NCBI GenBank assembly: GCA_044892525.1
Contig: CM097885.1
Span: 158,968,001 to 159,032,000, forward strand
DNA length: 64,000 nucleotides
Source: Schmidtea polychroa
Taxonomy: Eukaryota
Direction of reading: 5' to 3'
In this document: positions 1-12,437 of the stretch, one piece after another
How the letters are laid out: each line of letters starts with the position of its first letter
Numbering within the stretch: the stretch's first letter is position 1
Made by a program: the position numbers and the translations under genes
The notes under the pieces: model-generated
Told to the model about the DNA's origin: nothing
Databases searched by the model: none
The model's input: the letters and a program-made list of their open reading frames with translations, nothing else

Positions 1-438
1 ACGTTTATCTTCGGAATATATTGGACTTAATTAAAATTAAAAATAAAACAAATATAAATACCATTTAAAATTTCAAAATGACACAAACTAAAACTTTTTA
101 AATTTTTTTATACAGCTTCTGTAATTAGCTTCTAAAAGCCTAATAAAATATTTCAAAATATTCTAAATAAATCCTCCAATAACCACTTATATATGCTATT
201 TAAATATTTCAATAAATGTGTCAATTTTGATTTTTAAATCCTATTTTTTAAAATTTTTTCTATATTATTTTAATTATTACTTTTTAATTTATTATATTTT
301 TTTAATTTCTTTATATATTGTCAGTTATTCTCAAGGTCAATGACAACAGATCAAATTCATAATTTCATTGATTTCTTCTTTAGTGTTGTCTGTTTATGAT
401 GAGAATTGCTTCTTTACCAAGAGATCATCACTTTATAC

Positions 439-523
<85 letters not shown>
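439..523. repeat. (AAT)n microsatellite
   Basis: Perfect AAT run; gives the poly-N/I/Y pseudo-ORFs in the track. Confidence 0.98.
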
Positions 524-525
<2 letters not shown>

Positions 526-652
526 ATTGAAAATAAATAAAGAGAACTTTGAAAATAAATAATAAGAAAATGATAATAATAATAAATAAAATAAGAATTT
601 TGAAGAAAATAATCATGAAAATATTGCTTACCTTGGATTATATCAATAAACA

Positions 653-653
<1 letters not shown>

Positions 654-743
<90 letters not shown>

Positions 744-750
744 CTATTAT
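654..750. repeat. (ATT)n microsatellite
   Basis: Near-perfect ATT run, opposite orientation to the 439-523 run. Confidence 0.97.
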
Positions 751-1049
751 TATTATCATAAAACAACTCTTGCCATTTAATTAATTATTTAATGGAAATC
801 TTCAAAATAAATTAAAATTAAATTTAAAATAATTGGTTTTGAATTTCCTTTCAAGTAAAGTCATTGAGCTCTCTAAGAAGAAAAACACATTTTTATAGAA
901 TATTTTGTAAATCCGTAGTTTAACGTGATGAGAAATATGATTAAGATTTTATTTGTTTTAATCGTAATATTTAAATTTTTACAATGAAATTATAAAGCAG
1001 ATTTTCCTAATATTCAAATTGAATTGAGTCTATGTTCAAATAAAAAAAC

Positions 1050-1620
1050 AAAATTCAGATGGAATTCAAGCTTCGAGTCTTTCAAAGCACTCAAAAAAAC
1101 CATAAAAACAAGTGTGAAGGAAATATTGCATTTTTGGGGTTTTAATAAAATAAATACTAAAAGTTGGTATCTCTGATGCCTTAGGTTCTTTTATGAAAAG
1201 AAAAAAAATACCAAAGTATACCAATACCTAATTACAAAGTTGCTAAAATACACAATTCGAGCGAATACAATATAAATGGATTGGAGTAAACTGATCAACT
1301 CACATGCGAAGTAATACCACTGTAAACGTACAAATTAACACTTCTATTTCTCATATACGCTTTCATTTCCCAATATCGTTTATTCTTCTTTTTCTTTATC
1401 CTACTTAAGGCTAAAAGCTACATTTCTGAAGTTTGAGTCTTCTTCTTTATACTCCTCTTAATTGTTAACTTCTATCTACATTCTGATAATCTGATTCAAC
1501 CCTTCCTTTGGCCGCCATCCAAAATTATCAAAATAACTAATGGTCTTTATTGAAACATTTTTCGAGCTTATTGTCTTTGTCAACCATTAATCAACATACT
1601 ACAAGGCGTTCAAAAATCAT
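1050..1620 (+). pseudogene. Heavily decayed Ty3/gypsy RT-connection/RNase H remnant
   Basis: Broken frames give FRWNSSFESFKALKKTI (cf. FxWTxxxxxAFxxLKxxL) and LKHF/RAYCLCQP (cf. LKHFRxYLYGxPF); many stops and frameshifts. Confidence 0.35.
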
Positions 1621-4600
1621 TTTGTTGACAACGGAATTCATTGCTTAATTTTATTATTGTCATTGTAATATTAGGTTAAAATGTTATAGCATTAATAGGG
1701 TTAAAATATTAATTCATTTAATAGTCATTCTTTTATTTTCTAGAATGATAATGATTTTCAAAGGTTTTAACTATTTTTTATAGATTTATTTGTTTTATTA
1801 TGGTAGAATTGAGACTTGCTTTCGTCAAAAATGAAGAAGTACGTCACGTCTTCCTATCTCACGGACTAAAGTGGGGGTTCAATCGTCCAGTTGCTGATTT
1901 TATCGGAGCTCTCTCAAGAGACTAAATTAAATCAGCCACTGACCCTTTTATAGCATATTTAGATCATAGATAAGGTCATTAATATAAAAATATCAGACTC
2001 GTATGATGTTGGTAGTAATTGTAAAAACGAAAGCTAGGAAAGCTCAAATGTCACGATGTCATAAGTAAGCTTAAAAAACTGGATTCTCGATAAGTTTGAG
2101 TTTCTCGCATCAGTTGTGGAAGGCCACATGGGTAGTTTTGTTTACCCACAATTCGAGAAAACCTCTGCATTAGATATTGTTTCACGAAATTTCACAAACT
2201 ATATTTGATTGTTAGGTATCAGTTAACTAACAAACTAATAGATTTTTGAAATGCGGATTGCCTAGAGAGTATTTGCATCAATAATAGTGGTATAATTGCA
2301 GCATTTTTTTAGGTCGACCTCTCAAAACCACGCTGACCCACAGTTCAAAGACGACCTTAATGAATAATTTATAAAATAAAAGGAGTACCCACTCGTCATA
2401 ATGATAGAATTCAAGTGATTCCAACGAACTAGAAAATCAATAAATCCAATATTCTGATGTATATAAAAAGAGCTCTCAAGCGTACGGGGGGGACGATCGC
2501 GAACGCTTCACGATCTCCAGGGTCGAAGGTAACTCAGCATATACTGAGTATATTTATCATTATCATTATTATTTTATATTTGTTTTTAAAAATATTAAGT
2601 TTTCATCTATATATACATAAACACATATATTATATTAAATTAATTATGAATAGCTATTTACCAATANNNNNNNNNNNNNNNNNNNNNNNNNNNNNNNNNN
2701 NNNNNNNNNNNNNNNNNNNNNNNNNNNNNNNNNNNNNNNNNNNNNNNNNNNNNNNNNNNNNNNNNNNNNNNNNNNNNNNNNNNNNNNNNNNNNNNNNNNN
2801 NNNNNNNNNNNNNNNNNNNNNNNNNNNNNNNNNNNNNNNNNNNNNNNNNNNNNNNNNNNNNNNNNNNNNNNNNNNNNNNNNNNNNNNNNNNNNNNNNNNN
2901 NNNNNNNNNNNNNNNNNNNNNNNNNNNNNNNNNNNNNNNNNNNNNNNNNNNNNNNNNNNNNNNNATAGCAGTATTTATTACTATAGTCATTATTACTATC
3001 ATTATCATCATCATGAAGATGAGTGTTGCTGTATATTGTTAGGATTATTATTATTAACACTCTCGCGGTTATTATTGTTATATTATTATCTTCAGGATCA
3101 ATCTTATTATTATTATTGTCTGTAGTAGTATTATCGGCGTCCTTATTATCATGATCATGATTTCTATCATTAGTAAGTATTGGTCTCTTTTCTACCTTAA
3201 ATGGATTAATTTTCAAAAGAAATTGTTACCTTAATATTTTTTTCTAATGGGAGATTTGACCAATATATCACGGGATCACATCATTCAACTTTCCATAATA
3301 CGCATTAAAAATACTGTAATGAAAATATCATAAAAATGCCAATATTTAATCATTAATATATTTCATATTGCAAACAGAATAATCAAAACACTTTGTGCTT
3401 GTTTATGCAGTTTACAAACAATGAATAGTGCCATCACTTGTGCAATACCCCCTCTTTGTATTAGGAGGAGAAATTTTATATTACCCAACTCGCCCATAAT
3501 TTCTTCAATAATGATATGTGAATCTAGTATGTGAAACAAATTGAAAATTTGTTTCAAATTGGAGGGAGACAAAAATGACATGTCTTGTTACTTTTGCTTT
3601 CATATTATTAATTTCCAGCTATAGGAAATTATTATTGAAATGAGAATTGTAAAGTTCAAAACTAATTCAAATAAAATATATAACTGAATTAGAATTGTTT
3701 AAATTTACGAAATATCATGTTATTTCACTGATCAAATACTCATTAAAATGGATATATTAAAAATACTATTTAAAATTAACTTTATTTCTTTCTTAGTTAT
3801 GTAAATGAAAATATTTTTAAAAAAAATTATTATTATTAATATTATTATTATTATTATTTATTATTATATATTATTAATATTTATTATTAATATTAATGTT
3901 AATATTATTTTTATTATTAATATAAATTAATTTTTAATAAAAACTTGCTGTAATCCATCGAAATGAAGGACTTTTTTATATTTTAATTTCAGCTTGAGAC
4001 AATTAGTTTCAATTGATTAGGAATATTTTTTATAGTTTAAAATTCTTTCATTTTTTTATTAAATATATACTTCGCATTAAAAAATTATTATTTAATTGTT
4101 TAAAATTTAATCAATGTTGCTACCAAGAAATCATAACTTTATTCTAATAATTAATTAGTATTCATCTTAAACCTTTAAATGATGGTTTAACCATACATTG
4201 TTATATAGAAAATTATATGTTTAGATATTATTATTTTTAATATTAATATTATTTTTTTATTATTGTTATTGAATATGTTAGAATAAAACTGTTATTATTT
4301 ATTTCAGAGATAATTCTATGGATAAAATTAAATAATGATATTTTCAAAAGATCATTAATGAAAGAAAAGGCGATTAATTTACGAAACATATATTTCTTAT
4401 TAATTCCAGGAAACCAATTACATTTGTTGTTTTATTTGTGATTATGTAAATGTATGAATGAAATGAATATTCTGGAAATATTAATATTTCCTTCCCGTTG
4501 AATTGTGTTTTTATTTTGTTGTAAGGCTCAATATTGAAAAATAGATATAAAATAATAAAATTATCCTTGACAGAAATAATGGTTCAGATATTCGTGCTTA

Positions 4601-4870
4601 TTATTATATTTTTGGCTTGATTTATATTATTATATAAATTTTATTTTGTCTCTGAAATTAATAATAGATTGTTTTATTAATTTTATTATTTATATTTGTA
4701 TTTTCTGAATTTAAATAATTTAAACGTCATCAATTTATTAATAATTTTAGTTTTAATGACTTTTTTTGATATATCATTATTTTGAGCTAATTACTTATAT
4801 TCACTAATTTGATCCTTTTTGAAAAAAGTATACAATATTTGTTCATTTTCAAATTCATAATAACGCATAA

Positions 4871-5400
4871 TCATTTTATTTCTGAATAATAACCATTTGT
4901 CCATTTCAATACTATAGGTCCTATAGTATAGGATAAAGCCATCATTGAACAACCTAATGGTCGTATCTCAGTTGATTGGGTAGAAAGCTGCTTCATATCC
5001 GCAATACAACGACATATTATGTCGCAAGGCATTTCATATCCATGTTTATATCTAAATCGAGCTGCTTCCATTTGTGCACGACATACTTGAGATCGATAAT
5101 CAGGGATCATACCAGTCATAACACCTCCAGTACTTTCAGTAATATTAAATAATCTTGTAGCTGAACTCTTCTCAATCATTTTATCTGGAACCTGTCTTTG
5201 TGTAGCTACTACATCACAATAATTGCATCGAATATCCACGGAAAGCAATCCACCACATAAATTTGATATCATTTTATTCTTTTCATAATTAATTGCCGCC
5301 ATCTTTTCTAACTCTTTACCAAAATTCATAAACCGAAATTCGATACCATTAACACCATTAATCATCGATCACCATTTCAAAAATCCATAAAAATTCTAAC
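4871..5400 (-). pseudogene. PSMA6: Proteasome subunit alpha type-6 (alpha1)-like, degenerate and 3'-truncated
   Basis: GGLLSVDIRCNYCDVVATQRQVPDK...RLFNITESTGGVMTGMIPDYRSQVCRAQMEAARFRYKHGYEMPCDIICRCIADMKQLSTQSTEIRPLG matches the alpha1 core; the N-terminus is scrambled and the frame stops just after GYY. Confidence 0.75.
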
Positions 5401-5480
5401 TCTAAAATACAAAATCGATAAACTCTAAATCTAACAGTAAAAATTACAACCTAATTAACAATAAATTGCAATACCTCTTG

Positions 5481-5537
5481 CTCGCGTCTGTGTGTGCACA
5501 CAGCCAAAACAAAGAAAAAAGCGCACACAGACGCGAG
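5481..5537. promoter_or_regulatory. Inverted pair of CG-rich motif CTCGCGTCTGTGTG(T/C)GC upstream of the PSMA6-like sequence
   Basis: 17-bp arms with 1 mismatch and an A-rich spacer; the same motif pair recurs at 19807-19867. The regulatory role is inferred only from position. Confidence 0.35.
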
Positions 5538-5553
5538 ACAACTAATAATTTAC

Positions 5554-5951
5554 CAATATTGTTGATTCAACTCTATTGTATACTTGTAATGTCTAAGCTT
5601 GTAATGTTTATATTATTAGATAGATTATTTAGATTATTTAGATTATTTATATTATTTAGATTATATGTTAGATATCCGTAAAAAAATATTTTACACCATT
5701 ACAAGTTAAAAATGCTAAAGATTTACGGATGCACTTGTAAACAGTTTCTATGTATGACGGTATCTCCAGAAGTGAATATGATTTTTCCATCGCCATGTTT
5801 ACAAGTTTGCAGATATTTTTTCTGTGATTTAGCTAATTTGCAAGTGATGTGATTTTCAGTGTAGCAGGGAAAGTATACAATAGAGTTGAATCAACAATAT
5901 TGTATACTTACCTGGTGCGAATACTAATGAGAGCCAAAAGCTCGAAACTAG
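5554..5951. mobile_element. Small non-autonomous element with 32-bp perfect inverted repeats, possibly Helitron/Helentron-like
   Basis: CAATATTGTTGATTCAACTCTATTGTATACTT (5554-5585) is exactly inverted at 5871-5902, followed by a GAGC-CAAAA-GCTC hairpin and CTAG|T at 5948-5952. Confidence 0.45.
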
Positions 5952-7044
5952 TCTACTATTGAGATTTGCACTGGGTATCACAAAGCTTGTAATGTTTTTA
6001 TTATTTTAATGTTAGACATCCGTAANNNNNNNNNNNNNNNNNNNNNNNNNNNNNNNNNNNNNNNNNNNNNNNNNNNNNNNNNNNNNNNNNNNNNNNNNNN
6101 NNNNNNNNNNNNNNNNNNNNNNNNNNNNNNNNNNNNNNNNNNNNNNNNNNNNNNNNNNNNNNNNNNNNNNNTTGAATATGACGTAAATCTTCAACCTTCT
6201 CAACCTTAACGCTTCTAGCTCCCTTTTTATGTTTTAATTTTCTATTCCCATTTTTGGTGCTTTACGGATTTTGCCACAATATGTTAAATTACGGATCTTG
6301 AAAGAAACTGTCTTACAAGCCTTATCAAGGGTTTGTAAACCATGAATTTGAAGCCTGATAATAAATGAAGATAAAGAAAATTGAATAATAAAACACTATT
6401 GACTAATATTTATTTTTACAATTCAAATTTACAAAAGAATATTTTGTTTTTAACTTTAAAAATAGATGAAATTATGATCACGATTAAATAAATCAAACTT
6501 TATAGCTTTTAGTTATCATTTATGAAAGGAAAATCGAGTATAAAGTGTGCTCTTGAAAAAAGGGAGTATTGTACAAGAAAAAACCAAAAAACCTGATAAT
6601 AACTGTTATGTTGCCTATAATATATTATGTTAATGTATTGTGATATTAATTATGATATTAAATATTGGTGTGTGTTATGGAAAAGCTTGTAGAGCCCAGC
6701 AGAGTCTCCTTTGAAATTGTGTCGGGACTGCTGGGGTGTTTGTATGTAATATATTAACAAATATAATAAATTGAAAACAATAAAAAAATTTACAACTTTT
6801 ATTAAAATTGTATTTTTGATTTTTTCGTTGGATTCTAGGATTTTCTTTGCAATTTGTTTGTAGATTGTTTCAGATTTTTAGAGTGATTTGGAAGTAACTT
6901 GGTTAGGATATTTAATCCTTATTATAAACGAGTTCTTTTTATTCTTATTTATTCGTAGTCTTTTTTTATTCTTAGTCTTCCACTTGAAAATGCAAAATAT
7001 TTCAATTTAGAATTTTTTTAATTATTTTTTGTAATTCTCTATAG

Positions 7045-8020
<976 letters not shown>

Positions 8021-8094
8021 CTCTATAGTAATAATTTACTATAGAGAATTACGCTATATAGTTTCATTTAATTTTTATATAATAAACGTAAGTG

Positions 8095-8097
<3 letters not shown>

Positions 8098-8173
<76 letters not shown>
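8098..8173. repeat. (AAT)n microsatellite
   Basis: Perfect AAT run. Confidence 0.98.
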
Positions 8174-9582
8174 TATACATTGCAAATCTTAATTACAACG
8201 AAATTAACAACACACTACAGTAACTAAATAAAATTCCATCATTATTGAATGTATAGTTTGGTTAAAATGAAGTATGGTGTTATATTCGATGCAATTTCTA
8301 ATAACACTAGTTTTGAACTGTTTTGACTCTTCCGGTGCGATAAATACAAAAAATTGTACAGTAGAATCTAAGCAAATTAGAAAATCATATTGTTTTTATG
8401 CATCAAATTAATGTTATCGTTATTAAAATTATGAAAGTTATCAAAAGTAATTTGATGGCAGAATGGTTTTAGAATTTGTTTGCCAAGACATTCGGTTCGA
8501 TTCAGTGTAGAATAGAGTTTCTTAATAAATACTCTCAAAACGAGTGTACCATTAGAAATTGCAGTGAATATTACATTACACTTCATAATAAATTTTCATT
8601 TTGAATAAGTTGATATTGGATTAAAAATTCGGATTTCTGAAAGTTAAATAAGCATTTCAGTGAAACTATTGTATATTATGTAACTTATAATAATCATGCA
8701 TTATTACTAGTTTTCAGGAAATTTTATATTTTTTTGAAATTTGAAAGCTTAGACTGATAATGTAGTTTTATGTAGAAAATTTAACTGTAATGTGAAATAA
8801 AAATAATAATTTGTAATTAAATTTATGTATCATTTTTGTGATTAACTCGGGAATTTCAATTTAAATTTATAACGCTACTAATTCTTATTTATATAATCAT
8901 GTTCATTGCAAAGCAAGGATTTAATATAATTTTATAAATATTTCACGTTTTGATAAAAACTAAATTAAATATTTTCCTATGCTGAAGACGCATTATAATG
9001 TATATTTTAGTTAATTTCCATTAATACTGTCTTAGACAGTTTATTTTCATAAACTACTGAATAATTCNNNNNNNNNNNNNNNNNNNNNNNNNNNNNNNNN
9101 NNNNNNNNNNNNNNNNNNNNNNNNNNNNNNNNNNNNNNNNNNNNNNNNNNNNNNNNNNNNNNNNNNNNNNNNNNNNNNNNNNNNNNNNNNNNNNNNNATA
9201 AATTAATATAAAATTAATATAGTTAAATAATTCAAAGTAATGTATAATCTAAAATCTATTTTATGACATAACAGGTCAAGTATTTATCTATTTAGGATCG
9301 AAGACTATTATGTAATAATGAACATGAAATATGAGACATGTTATAGATATACAATAACATGCACACACGCATCAAACCATTCACGATAATTATTAATTAG
9401 GTAATTTAATTATTGGATAATTTATAAATATATAATAATCTCAGTAAAAAATAATTATATTTTATAAAGATTTCAATTTTTTTCTTGACACCAATGTGAT
9501 ATTGCACATTTAAAATGAATAATTCTATGAGACATAAGTTTATTTATACAATTTTTATGATATTTAATTCAATTAAAAATTT

Positions 9583-9849
9583 AATGTTGAACTGTATTTG
9601 ACTTTTGATTGATTTTGATGATCAATTAATATAGGTAATTGACCTATATTAATTGATCATCAAAATCAATCAAAAGTCAAATACAGTTCAACATTGTCTA
9701 GGGTAGGCAAGAAAAACGCATGCCGATACAAAAAATTACAAGATGAAAGAATATGATTCCAAATTTCAAAACAATTGTTTTGAAATTTGGAATCATATTC
9801 TTTCATCTTGTAATTTTTTGTATCGGCATGCGTTTTTCTTGCCTACCCT
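9583..9849. repeat. Two back-to-back long palindromes
   Basis: 9583-9695: 54-bp perfect arms with a 5-nt spacer; 9700-9849: 75-bp perfect arms with no spacer; 4 nt apart. Confidence 0.95.
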
Positions 9850-11199
9850 TTATATTTAGACAATTGTTTGTTTTTTATTATTATACATAATTTAATGTTA
9901 ATAATTAATATAAAACTTAAAGATAACTTTTATTAGTTGTACATTATGTGCCCAGCACAAATAATTTTTATAACCATTCGGTTACTTTACCAAGTCACTA
10001 TCATTTATATGTCTGATAAAAGATGCTAAAATATTATTTGTAAATTACTTGTTAGATTTATTGACTTGTATTTATATCAATAACAGTTCTTAAATATATA
10101 AACATACTTTTCTAAAAGCACTNNNNNNNNNNNNNNNNNNNNNNNNNNNNNNNNNNNNNNNNNNNNNNNNNNNNNNNNNNNNNNNNNNNNNNNNNNNNNN
10201 NNNNNNNNNNNNNNNNNNNNNNNNNNNNNNNNNNNNNNNNNNNNNNNNNNNNNNNNNNNNNNNNNNNNNNNNNNNNNNNNNNNNNNNNNNNNNNNNNNNN
10301 NNNNNNNNNNNNNNNNNNNNNNNNNNNTTTCTTCCAAAATATTTTTCAATTTAAAGATAAAATATACTACTCACTTAATTATATTCTCCTGAGAGAGCAT
10401 TTTATTTGAAATTTTATATTTATTATATTAACATATTTATAAATTATGAATGGTAGTTATATAAAATTTCCATTAGAATTGAGTTTAACTTGATGCAAAT
10501 GGGTGAAAATAGTTCTATGTAAAAATGCGTGTGATTTATTTATCTGGGCCCGAGCTTTTAGTTTTCTTTTGAAATTTTTCTTTGAATTATTAAAATTATA
10601 AAATTGCAATTTTATAATCATTCATAGAATTGTAAATTTCGATTTCAATTAAAAATTAAAAATTAAATCTAATTTTTTTTATTTTTATTTTATGTATTTA
10701 TTAAAAGGTTTCGATGATAAATTCCTTTTAATTTTATATTTCTAAATTAGAATTGTAAAGGATTTGATTCTTTGAAGCTTTGCTTGAACATATCTAATTT
10801 ATTTTTTGTTTTTTTATTGTAAATAATTGTAAATTATTGTAAATAGTTGTTTCATTAACTTAATCATGATCGGGATCAAGTAGTATAACCATGAAACAAA
10901 AATGTCGATAATATTTAAAAGTGGATGATCATATTTCTAGGAATTTCCTCAAAAAATATAGTTCAAGCTTCGCATTTTAAAAAAGTAAATGTGAATCAAG
11001 GTCAACATTAAATCAAGGATTCAATCTTCCGCAATCAAATTGGATAATTTAAAGTAAAATAAAGATATTTTATTGGCACTAAACAAAAGAAGTTGAGTAA
11101 AGACACAACCTTTTAAAGTTGTTATTAGTCATTTGATAATTCAAGATAAGTATTGACAATGATATCATTCAATTCTGGTATTATAGTATCGTCTTACAC

Positions 11200-12250
11200 C
11201 GGCGCTTCTCAACCTTTCTGTTTTTGCGACCCAGTTTACCAACGTAAATATTCTCGCCCCCCCCCCTTTTTTTTGATCTATCGAAAATTATAGTGTCATA
11301 ATGAAAACGGTCCGATATTTGTAAATTTAATTTTATTGGTAAAATGCGACTGTTTGCTATAAATGCACAGTAATGTATACGTCTATCCCTACCCTTTTTA
11401 CCAACGCCTACTAAAACACAGGCCTAACACAAGTAGTTGGAGGTTGGGGTTTTGTCCCGTCTGCTAATTCCGAATGCATTTGAGTTTCGGGAGGTTTGTC
11501 ATTGTATGTGTGTGTTTTTCTTGAAGAAGAAAATCGACAAGAAGCCGTGATGTTTCGAGATAATGTATTTATTATGAAATTGGGTTATTTAGTCGATATA
11601 TTTGAGAAGTTAAATGTCTTGAATCTTCAACTTCAAGGAACAAATACATATATTATGGAAACAAATGATAAAGTCAATGCTTTTTGAAGAAAATTGGATT
11701 TGTGGCTTAGAAATTTAAAAGAAAAGAAATTGGAAATGTTTCCGAATATAAATGAATTTGTAAAGACATACAAAACCGAAGAAGTACATATAAACGTGAT
11801 TTTATTAACTATAAACAAGCATCTAAGGATGCTATCAAAGGATTTTAAAAAATACTCTTTTGCTGAAAAAAAAATTCTAGCAAGTTACGAGTGGGTTAGG
11901 GACCCATATCACAATGTTCCACAAGGTCTGTCAACTTCTGAAGAGGAAACTTTTATTGATTTTACAACAAACAGTGAAATCAAAAGACAATTTAATAAGA
12001 AATCGATTTTTGCATTTTGGGTTGGTTTGGATGACGAGTTTGCGACATCAAAACGAAGACCTTTGCAAATACTTTTACCATTTTCAACATCTTATCTTTG
12101 CGAAACCAGATTTTCTGCGGTGGCTTCGTTGTAAACAAAATACAGATCACAGCTAAATATAGAAAAAGAACTTAGGATATCCATATCTGATATTACTCCT
12201 TCATTTCAAAAACTTTGCAATGAGAAACAGGATCAAGGAAGTCATTAATT
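11200..12250 (+). mobile_element. hAT (Buster/Charlie-type, ZBED5/FAM200-like) remnant
   Basis: TIR-like CGGCGCTTCTCAACC at 11200; stop-interrupted transposase C-half LGYLVDIFEKLNVLNLQLQG...LLPFSTSYLCETRFS; right end not found. Confidence 0.8.
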
Positions 12251-12437
12251 AATAACATAACTGGTATTTGTTTCATACTAATAAACTTAAATAATAAATA
12301 TAATAAATTATTTATTGGTAATATGTAATTATAAACTGTATTCTTATTATAAATATATATAAATATAAATACATAGATATTTTTAAGTTGACTAAATTAA
12401 CTTAATTTCGCAACTTAATCCCTTTAATCTATTGAAT

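Noticed and set aside
368-761. Poly-Asn/Ile/Tyr ORFs (also 19302-19796, 62516-62698)
   Set aside because: Translations of AAT/ATT microsatellites
2457-3216. Long ORFs containing X runs (also at ~6.0, 10.1, 20.7, 21.6, 42.1 and 54.2 kb)
   Set aside because: Open only because N gaps contain no stop codons
3363-3581. 72-aa minus-strand ORF
   Set aside because: No recognisable motif or supported splice structure
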